Origin: Eledone cirrhosa
Taxonomy: Eukaryota
Assembly: GCA_964016885.1 (NCBI GenBank)
Contig: OZ024743.1
Span: forward strand, 185,194,001-185,258,000
Length of the DNA stretch: 64,000 bases
Direction: 5' to 3'
A program made the translations under genes and the position numbers. The notes under the pieces were generated by a model, which was given only the letters and a program-made list of their open reading frames with translations, ran no database searches and was not told the origin of the DNA. Shown here in pieces: positions 25,700-39,634 of the stretch (position 1 is its first letter; each line of letters begins with the position of its first letter).

Positions 25700-25940
25700 T
25701 TACAATATTGTACCACAATTTTCCTTTGTGCAAAAGTGGGCAGCCGAATTTAGGAAAGGATAGGGGATTCTTGAAGATGACCTAATGTCTGGACGTCCTA
25801 CAACTGCCACTACCGAGGAAAACATTGATCTCAGTACTGCAACACCGATGGAAGAAGTGTGTGGAACGCAAGGGAGACTATGTTGAAAAATAAACCTCAT
25901 TTGGTCACACTCCATGAGAATATCTTTGTCAACCCTCGTA
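25700..25940 (+). mobile_element. Internally deleted mariner transposon remnant
   Basis: Translates to VQKWAAEFRKG..LEDD.MSGRPTTATTEENID joined to LQHRWKKCVERKGDYVEK*. Ends aaccctcgTA, a mariner-type TIR end. Confidence 0.8.
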
Positions 25941-25974
25941 TCTATGCGCAATATACGTAAAGATACAGAATTGC

Positions 25975-26372
25975 GGGCACTACAACGCTATTAGCTGTCA
26001 TATTTGTTGGTGAAAAAAATTTGATTATAAAACTTAAATTTATGAATGACTTGTTTTCTAAATTGATAACCATGACTTGTTTTCTAATTAACTTAAATTT
26101 GTTTTCTAATTTGGCCCTTTTAAGGGCCACCTACATTTAAGTAACTCCACTTACATCGATATGCTTTATAACCAAGACTTGTTTTCTATTTGTTTTCTAA
26201 TTTGGCCCTTTTAAGTCTTCCCTCTCTCTCTCTTCCCTATCTCTCCTCTTCCCTCTCTGTCTCAAAAAAAAAAACGCGTGAAAACTCCACTTACGCGTGG
26301 TAGTAATACGGAAATAAACGATGTTGACGCCTGTTTTCCACTGGACTGACAGCTAATAGCGTTGTAGTGCCC
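25975..26372. mobile_element. MITE-like element with perfect 26-bp inverted repeats
   Basis: gggcactacaacgctattagctgtca (25975-26000) and its exact reverse complement (26347-26372). No TSD recognised. Confidence 0.55.
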
Positions 26373-26984
26373 AGATGGTGGTTGTGGTAAGCGAAGGCAA
26401 ACGATGCGTTTCAATGTAATTAACTGTCGTCTGCTAAACTATACCTTTTACAAAGAACTAAATTTCCAGTTAGGTTAGCTTATTCAATAACAATTGATCA
26501 ATCACAGAGTTAAACATTTAATTTACTTACTACAACAACCGGTGAATAGTCATTGACAGATATATACATATGTATTACATTTTCTAAGACTAGGAAATTA
26601 ACTGATGTTTTACTTGGAGTAGTTAATAGCAATAAGCAAGGGAATCAAAGAAGAAAAAGTATCACTAAAAATATTGTATATAAAGATGAATTAAAATTAA
26701 TGTTATAAATTATGATAATAAAATGTTATGGTGTAGTCATTCAAATAATACAATGATGAAATAACATATATGTCAACTAATTATTGTACTTTAATTTTCA
26801 ACCATAGAATTTCCACGGAAACCCGGGTAAATTTTAACAATTTATCAACTACACTTTCTTCTTGGCCAAAAGAAAGTTTCTTCGTAGCAATTTGAAGAAC
26901 CATAATCGTCACACGCATATGGCTATGTCTGTGTGCGTGTAAACAGCTTATTTTTTAACAAAACAATTCTTTTCTTGAGATAAT

Positions 26985-28232
26985 GATTTCTGATTTAGGC
27001 ACTAGGCCAACCATTTTGGGGGGAGGGGAAAGTCGATTAAATCGTCCCCAGTAATTACTGGTACTTTATCTTATCGACCCCGTAAGGATGAAAGGCAAAG
27101 CTAACCCCGGCGGGATTTGAACTCAGTATGTAAAGGGCCGTAACTATATGCCGCAAAGCATAATGTCCGACGCTCTAATGATACTGCCAATCCACCGTCC
27201 TTGTCGAGATAAATAATTGTTTCTACTTTTGGCACAAAGCCAGCATTACTCTAGTGCATTACTGGTGCTTTATTTTATCGAACCCGTAAGGATGAAAGCA
27301 AAGTTAACCTAACGGGATTTGAACCCAGAACGTAAAGGGCCATAACTCTATGCTGCAAAGCATGGTGTCCGACCTTCTACCGGTACTGCCAATCCACCCT
27401 CCACCTCGGCATAAATAATGGTTTCTTATATAGGCACAAGCCCAGCAATTTGGGGGGAGGGGACAATCGATTAAATCGACCCAGTGTATTACTGGTACTT
27501 TATCTTATCGACCCCATAAGGATGAAACGCAAAGTTAACCTCGGCGGGATTTGAACTCAGATCATAAAGGGCCGTAACTCTATGCTGCAAAGCATGGCGT
27601 CCGACCATCTAACGATACTGCCAATCCACCCTCCACCTCGGCATAAATAATTGTTTCTACTTTTGGCACAAGGCTAGCAATTACCCAGTACATTACTGGT
27701 ACTTTATTTTATCGACCCTGTAAGGATGAAAGGCAAAGTTAACCTCGGCGGGATTTGAACTCAGACCGTAAAGGGCCATAACTCTTTGCTGCAACATGGC
27801 GTCCGACCGTCTACCGATACTGCCAATCCACCACCTTTAGTAGCATTAATAATAATTGTTTCTACTTTTGGCACAAGGCCAGCAATTACCCAGTACATTA
27901 CTGGTACTTTATTTTATCGACCCCGTAAGGATGAAAGGCAAAGTTAACCTTGACGGGATTTGAACTCAGACCGTAAAGGGACGTAACTATGCTGGAAAGC
28001 ATGGCGTCTGACCCTCTACCAATACTGCCAATTCATGCCTAAGCATAAATAATTGTTTCTACTTTAGGCACAAGGCCAGCAATTACCCAGTACATTACTG
28101 GTACTTTATTTTATCGACCCCGTAAGGATGAAAAGCAAAGTTAACCTCGGCGGGATTTGAACTCAGACTGTAAAGGGACGTAACTATGCTAGAAAGCATG
28201 GCGTCCAACCCTCTACCAATACTGCCAATTCA
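26985..28232 (-). mobile_element. Head-to-tail array of six tRNA-derived SINEs (Meta-domain-like core)
   Basis: Each ~185-220 bp unit has A-box-like tggcagtatcggtag, B-box gagttcaaatccc and core gcctttcatccttacggggtcgataaaataaagtaccag. Confidence 0.85.
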
Positions 28233-28413
28233 CAATAATGTCAATTAAACATTCACTCTCAACTATTTTGTAGTTGGTACTTATTTGAAACAGTTCTTCC
28301 TTACTCTTATAGTAAGTAAAACAAACAGACAAAAAGTATATATTTATTGTTTTACTAGTTTAGTCATACTTCGACATCACCTTGTTGAAAATATGGAACA
28401 CTTCATGAAGATA

Positions 28414-29460
28414 TCATCATCATCATCATCGTTTAACGTCTATCTTCCACGCTAGCATGAGTTTAGACGAGAATTGTCCCACTTGAGGCAAGATTGGTTG
28501 TCTTGCTCGTATAGGACTGTCTGGCAGGTTTTCTACGGCTAGATGCCCTTCCTAACACCAACCACGTTTACAGTGTGGAACTGGGAGGTTTTTACCGTGT
28601 TGCCTTCATGGCCACATTACAGCGTGGACTGTGTGTTTTCTTGTCGTGACACCTACACGACCTCATTTATTTAGGACTGGATGTTGTGGTACCAACATAA
28701 CTTTACAGAGAAAGGGGCGGTGTTGATGGGGGTGGGAATAGGGGTAGTGGGATGGGGGTGTATTTTTGGTTAAGAGGTGCCTACTGACTGTAGGTTTCGC
28801 TTTGTACATAGACAAGGTGGGTCTTCTGTATTACTGTGTAGCGCCAAAGATCTCGGCCCAGTGACATTGTCTTGGAGTGGTGTAAGGTCGGAATTTATCA
28901 AATCATCCCAGGTTTTTCTGGGTCTGCCTACTCCGTAGCTTCGATCGCCCTGCACTTTTTTATACAGCTGTCGTCTTTCATGCGTATCACGTGATCGTAC
29001 CAACGTAGTCTTCGAGTAAACAGCATCTGATCCCTCTTATTCCTAATTTCTCACTTAGTTCATTTATGCTTTGCCGTTCACGTATATTACTATTACACAT
29101 CCAACGGAGCATGTAAGCTTCGTTCCTCTCCAGTCTGCGCAGATCCACTGCACACAATGCCCATGTCTCACTGCCATGTAACATTGCTGTTCGTATGCAG
29201 GCATCATACAGCCTGCCTTTTATTTTTAGAGAGAAACCTTTAGCGGCCAATAGTGGTATAAGCTCTCTGAACTTTTTCCATCCCGTTCTGAGTCTGGCTA
29301 CTGTACTTTCAGAGCACCCTCCACCATTGCTGATTTTGTCACCCAGGTAATGGAAGGTGTCCACCATTTCTATAGAACCATCTGGACAATGGAAGGAGCT
29401 AGTATCCTGTAGGCACTTGCTATTTATTGCACCTGAGCACCGGCCACATATAAAATCTAC
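28414..29460 (-). mobile_element. RTE LINE 3' fragment
   Basis: FICGRC...FHYLGDKISNGGGCSES..RLRTGWKKFREL..MLHGSETW; (TGA)n tail at ~28414-28430. Confidence 0.85.
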
Positions 29461-30477
29461 ATGTAAACACACATTTATATATTCAAGCATCTAAACCAAT
29501 CTAAATTACGTATTTCTCTGTGCTAAAAAATATGACAAGTTTTGGTCTTTGTTGAGATCTTTATCAGATGTCTACATCCTTCACAATACTCGGAGAAATA
29601 CCTAACTAAAGGCTTTATATATAGATCAGATGTGGCAAGACTAGAGAACTGGGACTGCTAATTTGAATAATGTTAGCGATTGTGATGATAGCTAGTTCAA
29701 TTATATATTATATTGTGTCCTAAACAGTTGAAGTATGTGATAAAATCATACCTCTACAAACAGTAAAGGATTTTAACCAAAGCTACAGGAAACGTGTATG
29801 TAAACACACAATTATTATTGTAAACATTTCTTTCTAGATTGAAAAAGATGAACAGTTTGACCCAAGTTTCAATCTTTGTTGATATTTTCATAAAAACTTA
29901 TCTATATATTTTACATGAAGAGATATGTAAATATTTTACATGCTTAAATATATTAAGAAGTGTGTTTACACATTTGTCGCAGCTTATGTTAAAAACCAGG
30001 ACTATTTGTACAATATGTCTAGGACAAGATTTAACATCTAATTGAATTAACTGAATCAGATATAGTATGCAGAACAGAAAACTGTGCTGATATGGTCATG
30101 TGATGTGTATGTATGATGATCATTACATGAAAAGTACCAAGAAATCCCAGTAAAAGAGCATTACAGTAGATGTAAGCAAAAGACCTGGGCAGTGGTTGTG
30201 AGATCTGATCTCAAATCACTGAATCTCACAGTTGAATTGACAAAGGACTCCAACAAGTGAAGGGATGCTGTGCTGGAAAAGAGGCCTCTAACCCATGCAA
30301 GCATTGAAAAACTATCCTCAAACAGTGATGATGATGTAAACACTAAAATTATGCAAATTAACAGGTCTAGTTCTCTAATTCTGCCACATCAGGTGGATAT
30401 ATAAAGACTTCAGTTGCATATTTGTGGATTGTGAAGTATGTAAACAGTTTCTGATAAAGATCGAAAATTGGATTGTG

Positions 30478-30810
30478 CTGGTGCCATGATAAAATCTTCT
30501 CAGCCCACTCTGTAAAGTGGTGGTGCCAGTGCCACAAAAGATTGCACTCATGACACTCTAAAGTAGTAGTGCTGATTCCATAATAAAATGCACCCAGTAC
30601 TCTGTAAAGTGGTAGTGCTGGTGCCCCAATAAACCATATCAATTTACTCTGTAAAGTGCTGGTGGTGATGCCACGATAGAATTCACCCAGTTTGCCCTGT
30701 AAAGTGGTAATGTTGGTACCCCAATAAAATGAATTCAGTATACTCTGTAAAATTGAAGAGCTACTTTCACAATAAAATGAACCCAGTACACTCTTTAAAG
30801 TAATAGTCCT
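30478..30810 (+). repeat. ~44-bp tandem repeat related to the RTE/SINE 3' UTR repeat unit
   Basis: About 7 copies of cccagtactctgtaaagtggtagtgctggtgcc...aaaat. Confidence 0.7.
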
Positions 30811-30811
30811 T

Positions 30812-33183
30812 ATGAGACAACAAGACAAATGGACGGTAATAAATACTAAGGCCTTCCCTGAGGAAGAATGCACTGCTCAGCACAAGTTAGTCATAATTGA
30901 CATCAAAATAAGCACGAAACAGAAGAAGGCATGCAGCAAAATATGGAGACAGAGTGTATGGAAGCTAAAGGACCTTTCGGTTAAATATAAGTTTAGAAAG
31001 GCCCTAAAGAATGCATTTGATGAGAGAAATGATGAGCTAGATACCTATGATGTAAAGGACAACTGGAAGTTCCTATGTGACCTTTTGTAAAAGAAGCTTG
31101 TGGCTGAAGTAGAGCACCAGCCAAACAGGGTGACCTGGTGTTGGAATAGCTCAGTAGATGGACCCATCATAGCCAAGAGACAGGCTTGGACAGACTGGGA
31201 AAATGGGGGTGGCAGAGACCGGTATCAAGTGGCTAAGAGAGAAGCTAGACAACAAGTATACACAACCCGGAGAAAGGCTGAAGAAAGAAAGTTTGCCAAT
31301 GTCCTGAGACGTGAGGGTCAGAGACACGAAGTGTTCCACAGTGTGTCAGTGTGAATCATGATATAGGGGGAAAAAGTGTGTTAAAAACAACACCAGTGTA
31401 TTTAGCACCAATGATACTCAAAAGAAAGAAGCCTGGAAATATTACTATGAGAGACTGATAAATGTAGAGAATAAATGGGGGGAAAAGAAACTATCCCTGA
31501 CTCATTCAATAGAAGGGCCAGCCATTGAAGTTGACAGTTATAGCGTTAAAGAAACAATCAAAGAAATGAAAAATGGTAAAGCTGCAGGGCCATCAGAGAT
31601 AGTTGCTGAGATGCTAAAAGCATTGGGAGAAGTAGGAGGCAAACTAGTAATCAACATAGTCAATCAGGTAATACAGGCTGGTGTTATACCCAATGACTGG
31701 TTCAGTAGTACAATCATAAATTGCTCCAAGGGCAAAGGTGATGCTCTAGAAAGGAACAACTATAGAATAAAACTAATAAACCAAGCTATGAAAGTGATGG
31801 AAAGAGTTATAGTCCAACTAATTAGAGAAAGAGTCAAATTAGACAAAATGCAGTTTAGTTTCATGCCTGGGAGACAACTACAAGAGAAGTTCTTAGCCCA
31901 AAATAAGCCACTATACCTATCTTTCGTTGACCTAGAAAAGCATTTGACAGAGTACCTTGATCTATTATCTTGTAGTCCTTAAAAAAATTAGGTGTAGAAG
32001 AATGGTTGGTGAGTGCAGTGCAAGCCTTGTACAGAGGAGCTGTCAGCAAAGTGAGAGTAGGAAATGAGTTTAGTGATGAATTCAAGGTACAAGTAGGAGT
32101 TCATCAAGGTTCGGTTCTTAGCCCACTACTATTCATTATAGCCCTCCAGTCTGTAACAGAGGAGTTTAAGACTGGTTGCCTATAGGTACTTCTTTATGAT
32201 CTGGTCCTTATAGCCGAATCCATTAAAGATCTATAAAATAAGTTCCAACTATGGAAACAAAATTTAGAATCAAAAGGCCTGAGAGTAAACTTATCCAAAA
32301 CTAAAGTGCTGGTGAGTAGGAGAGAAAATAGGACCCTGATTCCTTCAGGAAAGTGGCCCTGCTTAATATGTAGAAAGGGAGTAGGCATAAACTCCGTATG
32401 ATGTACACAATATAAATCTTGGGTACACAAGAGATGTAGTGGGATAACAAGTAAGTTAACAGGAAGAGAAGACTATGTTTGTAAAAGATGCACAGGGGTA
32501 ACCAAGAGGAAAATAACCAGTGATGTAAGCCTATTCCAGTCATAGGAAGAACCCATAGCAATAGTTGATATCTTCTGCTTTCTAGGCAACATAATTAGCA
32601 ATGGAGGAGGCTGCTCCGAGAGCATAATAGCTAGAATAAGGATAAAATGAAAAAAGTTTAGAGAGTTACTCCCACTGTTGACTACAAAAGCTTTCTCTCT
32701 ACATACAAAAGGATGACTATATGACACCTGTGTGCAATGTGTGATGCTGCATGGTAGTGAAACATGGGCTGTGACTGCTCAGGACATGTAAACTGGAGAG
32801 AAATGAAGCAACAATGCTCTGTTGGATGTGCAATGTAAGTGTGAGAGAACAGCAGAGCTTGGAAGAGTTGAGGAAGAAGCTGGGTTTAAGAGAAATCCAA
32901 GGTAGTGTGCAGGAGAGAAGATTATGTCAGTTTGGACATGTGATGCACATGCACAATTATCATTGGGTGAAGAAGTACCAAGAAATGCCAGTGGAAAGAA
33001 GCCATGGTAGAGGTAGACCAAGAAAGACCTGGGGAGAGGTTGTGAGAGTTGACCTCAAATTACTGAAATTCACAGAGATGACAAAGATTTGAAACGTGTG
33101 CAGAGATGTCGTGCTGTGAAGGCTCCATCCAACCCATGCAAGTGTGGAAAAGTGGGTGTAAAAACAATGATGATGATGATGAT
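30812..33183 (+). mobile_element. Decayed RTE LINE ORF (endonuclease end, RT, PHD insert, tail)
   Basis: MKNGKAAGPSEIVAEMLK, FVDLEK, GVHQGSVLSPLLF, GRGRPRKTW with stops and frameshifts; (TGA)n tail. Confidence 0.9.
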
Positions 33184-33286
33184 TATATATATATGTTTAT
33201 ATATTTCATTATCATCACCATTTAATGTCCATTTCCCCTGCTGGCAAGGCTTAGACAGGTCATCACAAAACATTTTAAGTGCTTAA

Positions 33287-33491
33287 CCCTTTAGCATTTA
33301 CATTACTCTATATTTACTATTGTATTTTCATGGTAAAGGCTTTATCTCACATAATATCGAATCTATGAGATTTTGATATTTATTTTGAGAACAATACTTT
33401 AATATCAGTTTGAGTGACCAGTTAAGGCTAATTTGAACAGAAAGAGGTGAGAGAATTCTGGCCAGATACAGCCGGTTTAAATGCTAAAGGG
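33287..33491. mobile_element. piggyBac-type MITE
   Basis: 14-bp TIR ccctttagcattta / taaatgctaaaggg with TTAA on both sides. Confidence 0.85.
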
Positions 33492-34149
33492 TTAATCCAT
33501 GCTACTGATCTCTTGGGCCAAGGGCTGCATCATGCTTACATTCATTTCTGCACTCTATAGAGTGTAATGGGTACATTTTATCATGTCACCAGCACTAAGG
33601 AAGTTATTATGTTTCTAATATGACTGAAGAATCTTCTCAACTCATTGTTTAGTATGGCTTCCTATCACCAACCAACTTTCAGAATGTATTAGATTGCATT
33701 TTTTATGACACTAACACTAGAGAGGTTGTTGTGTCATGACTGAAGAGCCCTCTTCAATTCCATTTAGCATGATTTTTACAACTGGGAGCCCTTGAAAGAG
33801 TGTACTGGGTGCATATTATCATAGCACCAGCAATAGTGAGGCTGTCAGTCATTGACTTGTCTGCAGAGCTATCTCTACTCTATGGGAGAGGGATAGGATA
33901 GGGAAAGGGAGATAGGAAGGATGATAAGTATGTCATGGGTGTATCATGTATGGTAGGGTTCAAAAGAAGTCAGGTTAGAGATATTGAGTGTGTCCGGCTA
34001 AGAATAGATAACTATCTTTGTTTTTTCTTATTTCTCTCTCTCTCTCTCTCTTTTGTTTCTTAGTTATAAAGGGTATTAGATACATTTCCCAGTCTGTTAT
34101 GGCTTACCAGCTTCACATAGATGTTTAAATTGATTAAATTAATTAACTC

Positions 34150-36080
34150 TGCATTCACTCTTCATGCCTCACTGCCATGCAAGCCTCATGCAGTCTACCT
34201 TTCACTCAGAGAGAAAATCCCTTTATTGTCAACAGAGGTAGTAGCTCTTTGAACCTTTCCCATCCTGCTTTTATTCTAGCTACTATGCTGCTTTCAGAGC
34301 AACCTGCAACCTTCACCATTACTAATTTGGTCACCTAGGTAACAGAAACTATACATCACTTCTATAGTACCTTACCAGGATTGGAAAGAATTTATTTCAC
34401 TGGAGCTATTACTACCAACCATCCTTATGCATCTGCCACACCCAAAGTCAATCTTTTCCTTTAGCCTTCCTGATATCCCACTACAACTCTTGTGTACCGA
34501 TATTTTACATTGTACATTGTCTAGTGTCCTAACTATTTTTCTACATATTGAACAAGGCCACTTCTCTGATGGAATCAGAGTTTTGTCTTCTTTCCTAGTT
34601 TCTAAAATTTTGATCTTCACTAAGTTTACTCTGAGCCCTTTTGATTTTAAGTTCTGTTTCCACAACAGGAATTATTTGTCTTTATCTTCCAAATATTCAC
34701 CTAAAAAAACTAAGTCATTGGCATACAGAAGTTTCCAAGGACAGCCGGTTGTAAACTCCTCTGTTATGACACTGAGAAATATAATTAACTGGAGGAGGCT
34801 GAAGACAGAACCCTGGTGCATACCTACCTGCATATTGAATTCCTCACTAAACTCATTACTGGCTCGCACTTTACTGACAACACCTCTGTACATGGCTCGC
34901 ACTGCTCTCACAAGCCATTCTTTTACACCTAGTTTCCTTAAGGTCTACCAGATAATAGGTAGTGGAACTCTATTAAAGGCCATTTCCAGATCAACAAATG
35001 CTAGATACAGAGGATTATACTTAACTAAGAAATTTTTTGTAGTTGTCTCACTAAAAAGAGAATATCTATGGTACTTCTTCCTTGCACAAAGCCTAACTGC
35101 ATCTCATCTAATTTGACTGTTTTCCTATTTAGTTGTGTTAAGACTTGTTCTGCTACATTCATAACTTGATTCATCAGTTTTATGCCTATGTAGTTGTTCC
35201 TTTCTAGCACATCACTTTTTATTTTGTAACAATTAATGGTTCTACTGTTACACCAGTCATTAGGTATAACTTTGTTTTATATTACCTGATTGATTATATG
35301 AGTGACTTGTTTAATTCCTACTTCAGATGATTTCAGCATCTCAACCATTATCTCTGACTGTCCAGCAGACTTTCCATTTTTCATCTCCCTAATTGTTTCT
35401 TTGAAACTATAAATGTCAATTTCGATAACCAGTCCCTCTGTTTAGTTAAATGGAAGTAGTTCCTCTTTCTTCCACTCATCCTCTACATTCATTCAACCTC
35501 TTGTAATAACATTTCCAAGCTACTTTTTACTGAGCGTCAGTGAGACTAATGTCATTCTGAACACACTTTTCCATAACAACATTCTGATCCACACCAACAC
35601 ATTGCTTTGCAATGTGGAACACTTTGTGCCTCTGGTCTTCTCATTGCAGGACATAGGCAAACCTCCTGCTTTTAACTTCTTTACATGCTAAGTATACCTG
35701 TCTTCTAGCTTCTCTTTTAACTACTTGATATTATTCTTTGCTGCCTCCATTTTTCCAGTCTTTCCATGCCTATCTCTTATCTCTAATGGTTCTATCTACA
35801 GTCCTATTCCACCTCCAAGTCATCTTTTGTCTAGTTGATACCTTGCTCCAGCAGGGGACCTCATCAGTAGCTTACAGTAAGTTGTCCCATAGGAACTTCA
35901 AGTTGTCTTCTATGTTATGTGTATTTGTCTCCTCCTCCTCCTCATTGTAAATATTTTCTAGATCTTTTCTAAGCCTATATTCAATAGAGAAGTTCTTTAG
36001 CTTCCACACTCTCTTTTTTTAGGTTCTGCTTTTCTGATTCCATCTGATTATTATTCTAATATCATTAATACCTAATTAAT
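34150..36080 (-). mobile_element. Decayed RTE LINE (PHD-insert family)
   Basis: GMHQGSVFS, PWKLLYANDL, EKWPCSICRK...VHKSC..FGCGRC. Confidence 0.85.
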
Positions 36081-36313
36081 GTTAGTTGGGGCTTCCATGC
36101 AGTTTCGGCCTACTAAATCCCACTCACACGGCATTGATCAATCCAAGGCTATAATAGAAGACACTTGTCCAAGGTGCCATACGTGACTGAACCCAATGCT
36201 ATGTTGTCATGAGGTGAACTCCTTAACCACTTGGCCATGTCTGCACCTGAATATAAAAATTCTCTTTTGTATCTTAAGTACTCACAGTAGATAGAATTCT
36301 GTCAATCCAAATC

Positions 36314-37102
36314 ATAATTGTTTCTACTTTAGGCACAAGGCCAGCAATTACCCAGAGCATGTAATTCAATGTGGCTTAACAGCACATTTACTTCCAGGTT
36401 TGAATGAGACAATAATTTATACCGAGACAAGTAACAAGTTTCATTTACAGTAATAATTGTTTCTACTTTTAGGTGCAAGGCCAGCAATTTGAAGGGGGAG
36501 GGGAAAGTTGATTAAATCAACCTCAGTGCATTACTGGTGCTTTATTTTATCAACCCTGTAAGGATAAAAGGCAAAGCTAACCTTGGCGGGATTTGAACTC
36601 AGAACATAAAGAGCCATAACTCTATGCTGCAAAACATAGTGTCTGATGCTCTACCAATACTACCAATCCACCATCCTAAGTAATAATTGTTTCTACTTTA
36701 GGCACAAGGCCAGCAATCACCCAGTGCATTACTGGTACTTTATTTTATCGACCCCGTAAGGATGAAAGGCAAAGTCAACCTCGGCGGGATTTGAACTCAG
36801 ATCATAAAGGGACGTAACTATGCTGGAAAGCATGGCGTCCGACCCTCTACCGATACTGCCAATCCACCACCATCCTAAGTAATAATGCTTTCTAATTGAG
36901 GCAAAAGACCATCATTTTAGGGGAGGGCAAAGTCATTTAAATCAACCTCAATATTTGGCTGGTACTTGATTTTATCAATCCAGAAAGATGAAAGGCAAAG
37001 TTGACCTTAGTAGAATTTGAACTCAGAATGTAGAAAGTTGTAACTATATATTGCAAAGCATTTTGTCTGATGCTCTACCGATTCTGCCATTTCCACCACC
37101 CT
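36314..37102 (-). mobile_element. Cluster of Meta-like SINEs (three copies plus a tail fragment)
   Basis: Same consensus as 26985-28232. The middle copy has a 16-bp TSD catcctaagtaataat. Confidence 0.85.
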
Positions 37103-39435
37103 TATTAATTACATCATTAATAAAGCCATGTTTTGAGCTAATAAATCTCATGGCAGTAGTGTCGTACATACAAGTGTGTTTGGAATGACAGTTAGGGAAT
37201 TCATGCATTCATGAAATACAAGTTCTTTTAGGTCACACACAAAATAGTGCTGAGATAAAGGAAAATAAAATAAAATACATGAAATTGAGATGTGGCAAAT
37301 TGATGTCTTGTTTAACTGAAACATGCCTATATTAAGACTAGATTTCTGCATTTGGTGGGGAGGGGAAAGTTGTTTATATTGGTTCCAGTATTTGGCTGGT
37401 ACTTTGTTAGATGATACAAGAGTAGAATCATATTCCTGTTGACTCATATGCTCTTTGAGAGAGAGAGAGAGACAGAGCATGGGGAGAGTGACAGATTTGA
37501 GTTCTCTTTATATAGCTGAGGCATAGTTGAGAGATAATGCTCTCCCAGTCCAATAAACAATGAATGACCAAAATTTCACTTGATTGTGTAAGAATCCTTA
37601 CAGATCTATTCTTGAAGAGATGTTGAGTGCTTTTGAATTAGAATAATATCTGAGTATTTAAATGTTCATACCGTCTCCAAAATATTAATGCTCCTTGAAC
37701 TAATTAATATGTAGCATTGATCTGAGCTCAAAATCAACTTGCTCCTGCATGTTTATTTGCATTCGTGATTATTAGCTATCTATGTTAGCTATTCTATTAT
37801 AATTCTTTCTCCTACTTCCATATACATAGCTTTCAAATTGCTCATCTTCTTATCTCTTTTAATCGATTGAATTCTCATATTTTATTTACTTCATACATAA
37901 ATCAATAATTTAATAGTATGAAACAAAGGCTAAAACATATCATAGCATAAAGAAAGGTAAGTATGCAGCCAGCCATGTTGAAGAACTGGTTTTGATGCTC
38001 AATTGTCACCATTTCATATTACTTGTATATTTAGGTGTGTGGCTTAGTGATTAGGGAATTGTGTTATGTCTTTGAGGAAGACACTTTATCTCGCATTGCT
38101 TTTTCTGCCAGGAGTTGCAACTGGTAGATAGTATCAGCAATGAAAAGACCAATGGAAGCATTGTTTCTTTGGTCTGATTTGATGAGCCCCACCTCACTTA
38201 GTAAGCAAATGAAGTCTAGGATCTTGTTGATCAGTTCCTTATATATTTGATGCCTCTGAGAAAGGCTCCAATATCACACAAACTCAATACTCCATCTCCA
38301 GTAAATTAAAGTTTTATGTTTTATGTAACAAATCAATATCTATGAATGAATGCTATAGTGAGTAGTGTCTACTTAGTAAACCAAATACATGACCTGGTTT
38401 CAATTTCTTGTTGGGATGCCCTTCCTGACAACAACCCTTTTAGTCACTTCTTACGACATGCAGGGATATGGAGAATAGGTGCGCTGTATCTTTGCATGTT
38501 GTAAGAAGCAACTAAAAGGTTTGGTATTAGGAAGAGCATCTGGCTGTAAAACATTGCCTCAAAAACTCCCATCCAGCCTATGCCAGTATAGAAAAGTCAA
38601 CATAGATTGCTTCTATAACCTAAATGATTGCAAGAACACTCATATAATTATTCTGTAATAATTGCAATGTTCAATGTTTGAACAATAAATCATTAGTATG
38701 AAGGAGTGCGAGTTGATCAGCAGGAATAAGCTTTTGATTTTTTTCTTTTGTACCAAGTCAAAAGAAACCAAGAATATAACTTGCTAGTTTGTTTCATTTA
38801 TTTTCTGTAGCTAACACCAGGTAATGTTAAATAATTATGACTTTATTCTTTCAAATTTCATAGTGCATATGTAAAATAATGAAATGAATACTAATTTTTA
38901 AAATAAAAAAGTTATTAACTTAAGATTAAAACAATTAAATAAATAACATTATAATTCACTATGGCTGCATTTGGTTATAATTCATTATATTGTTTATGCT
39001 CATACACTACAAATATAGTATTAAAGAAACCTACCCAGAATAACAAAGCCTTAGACAGCCTTGCACACCAGCTTGATCAGCATTGTCGATATAATTTTAC
39101 TCTGTCTTCTAGCCCCACAGTTCTACCTGGCTAAATGTCATACCATGGCGGTCAACTGGTACCTAGCTGGTGTTTCCCTCAGACTCAGTCTCTCCAGATC
39201 TGCAAGCAACACAAATTCTGTTACAGGTCCACAGTAGATGCTTTAAGATTTCACCTACTGTCATGTTGTCTCAGTGTCAGCTGCCTCTCACATGTAGTTC
39301 TCAATGAGATTGATAAGTGTGGCTTTGACATAGCAGGTTTCTAATTGCAATTGAAACTAGTGGGGTTAGACTGAGGGGACAGCAAAAATCCAGATGGCAT
39401 TTCTTTACTAAACAATCATTATTTATATGCATCAA

Positions 39436-39625
39436 GGGCGGTGGATTGGCAGTATCGGTGGAGGGTCGGACGCCATGCTTTCCAGCATAGTTACGTCCCT
39501 TTACGATCTGAGTTCAAATCCCGCCGAGGTTGACTTTGCCTTTCATCCTTACGGGGTCGATAAAATAAAGTACCAGTAATGCACTGGATAATTGCTGGCC
39601 TTGTGCCTAAAGTAGAAACAATTAT
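39436..39625 (+). mobile_element. Full-length Meta-like SINE with 17-bp TSD
   Basis: TSD attatttatatgcatca at 39418-39434 and 39621-39637; A and B boxes present. Confidence 0.9.
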
Positions 39626-39634
39626 TTATATGCA

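Noticed and set aside
26985-28232. CRISPR-like or tRNA-gene array
   Set aside because: Units are ~200-bp SINEs with A/B boxes and TSDs. There is no repeat-spacer structure, no cas gene and no full cloverleaf.
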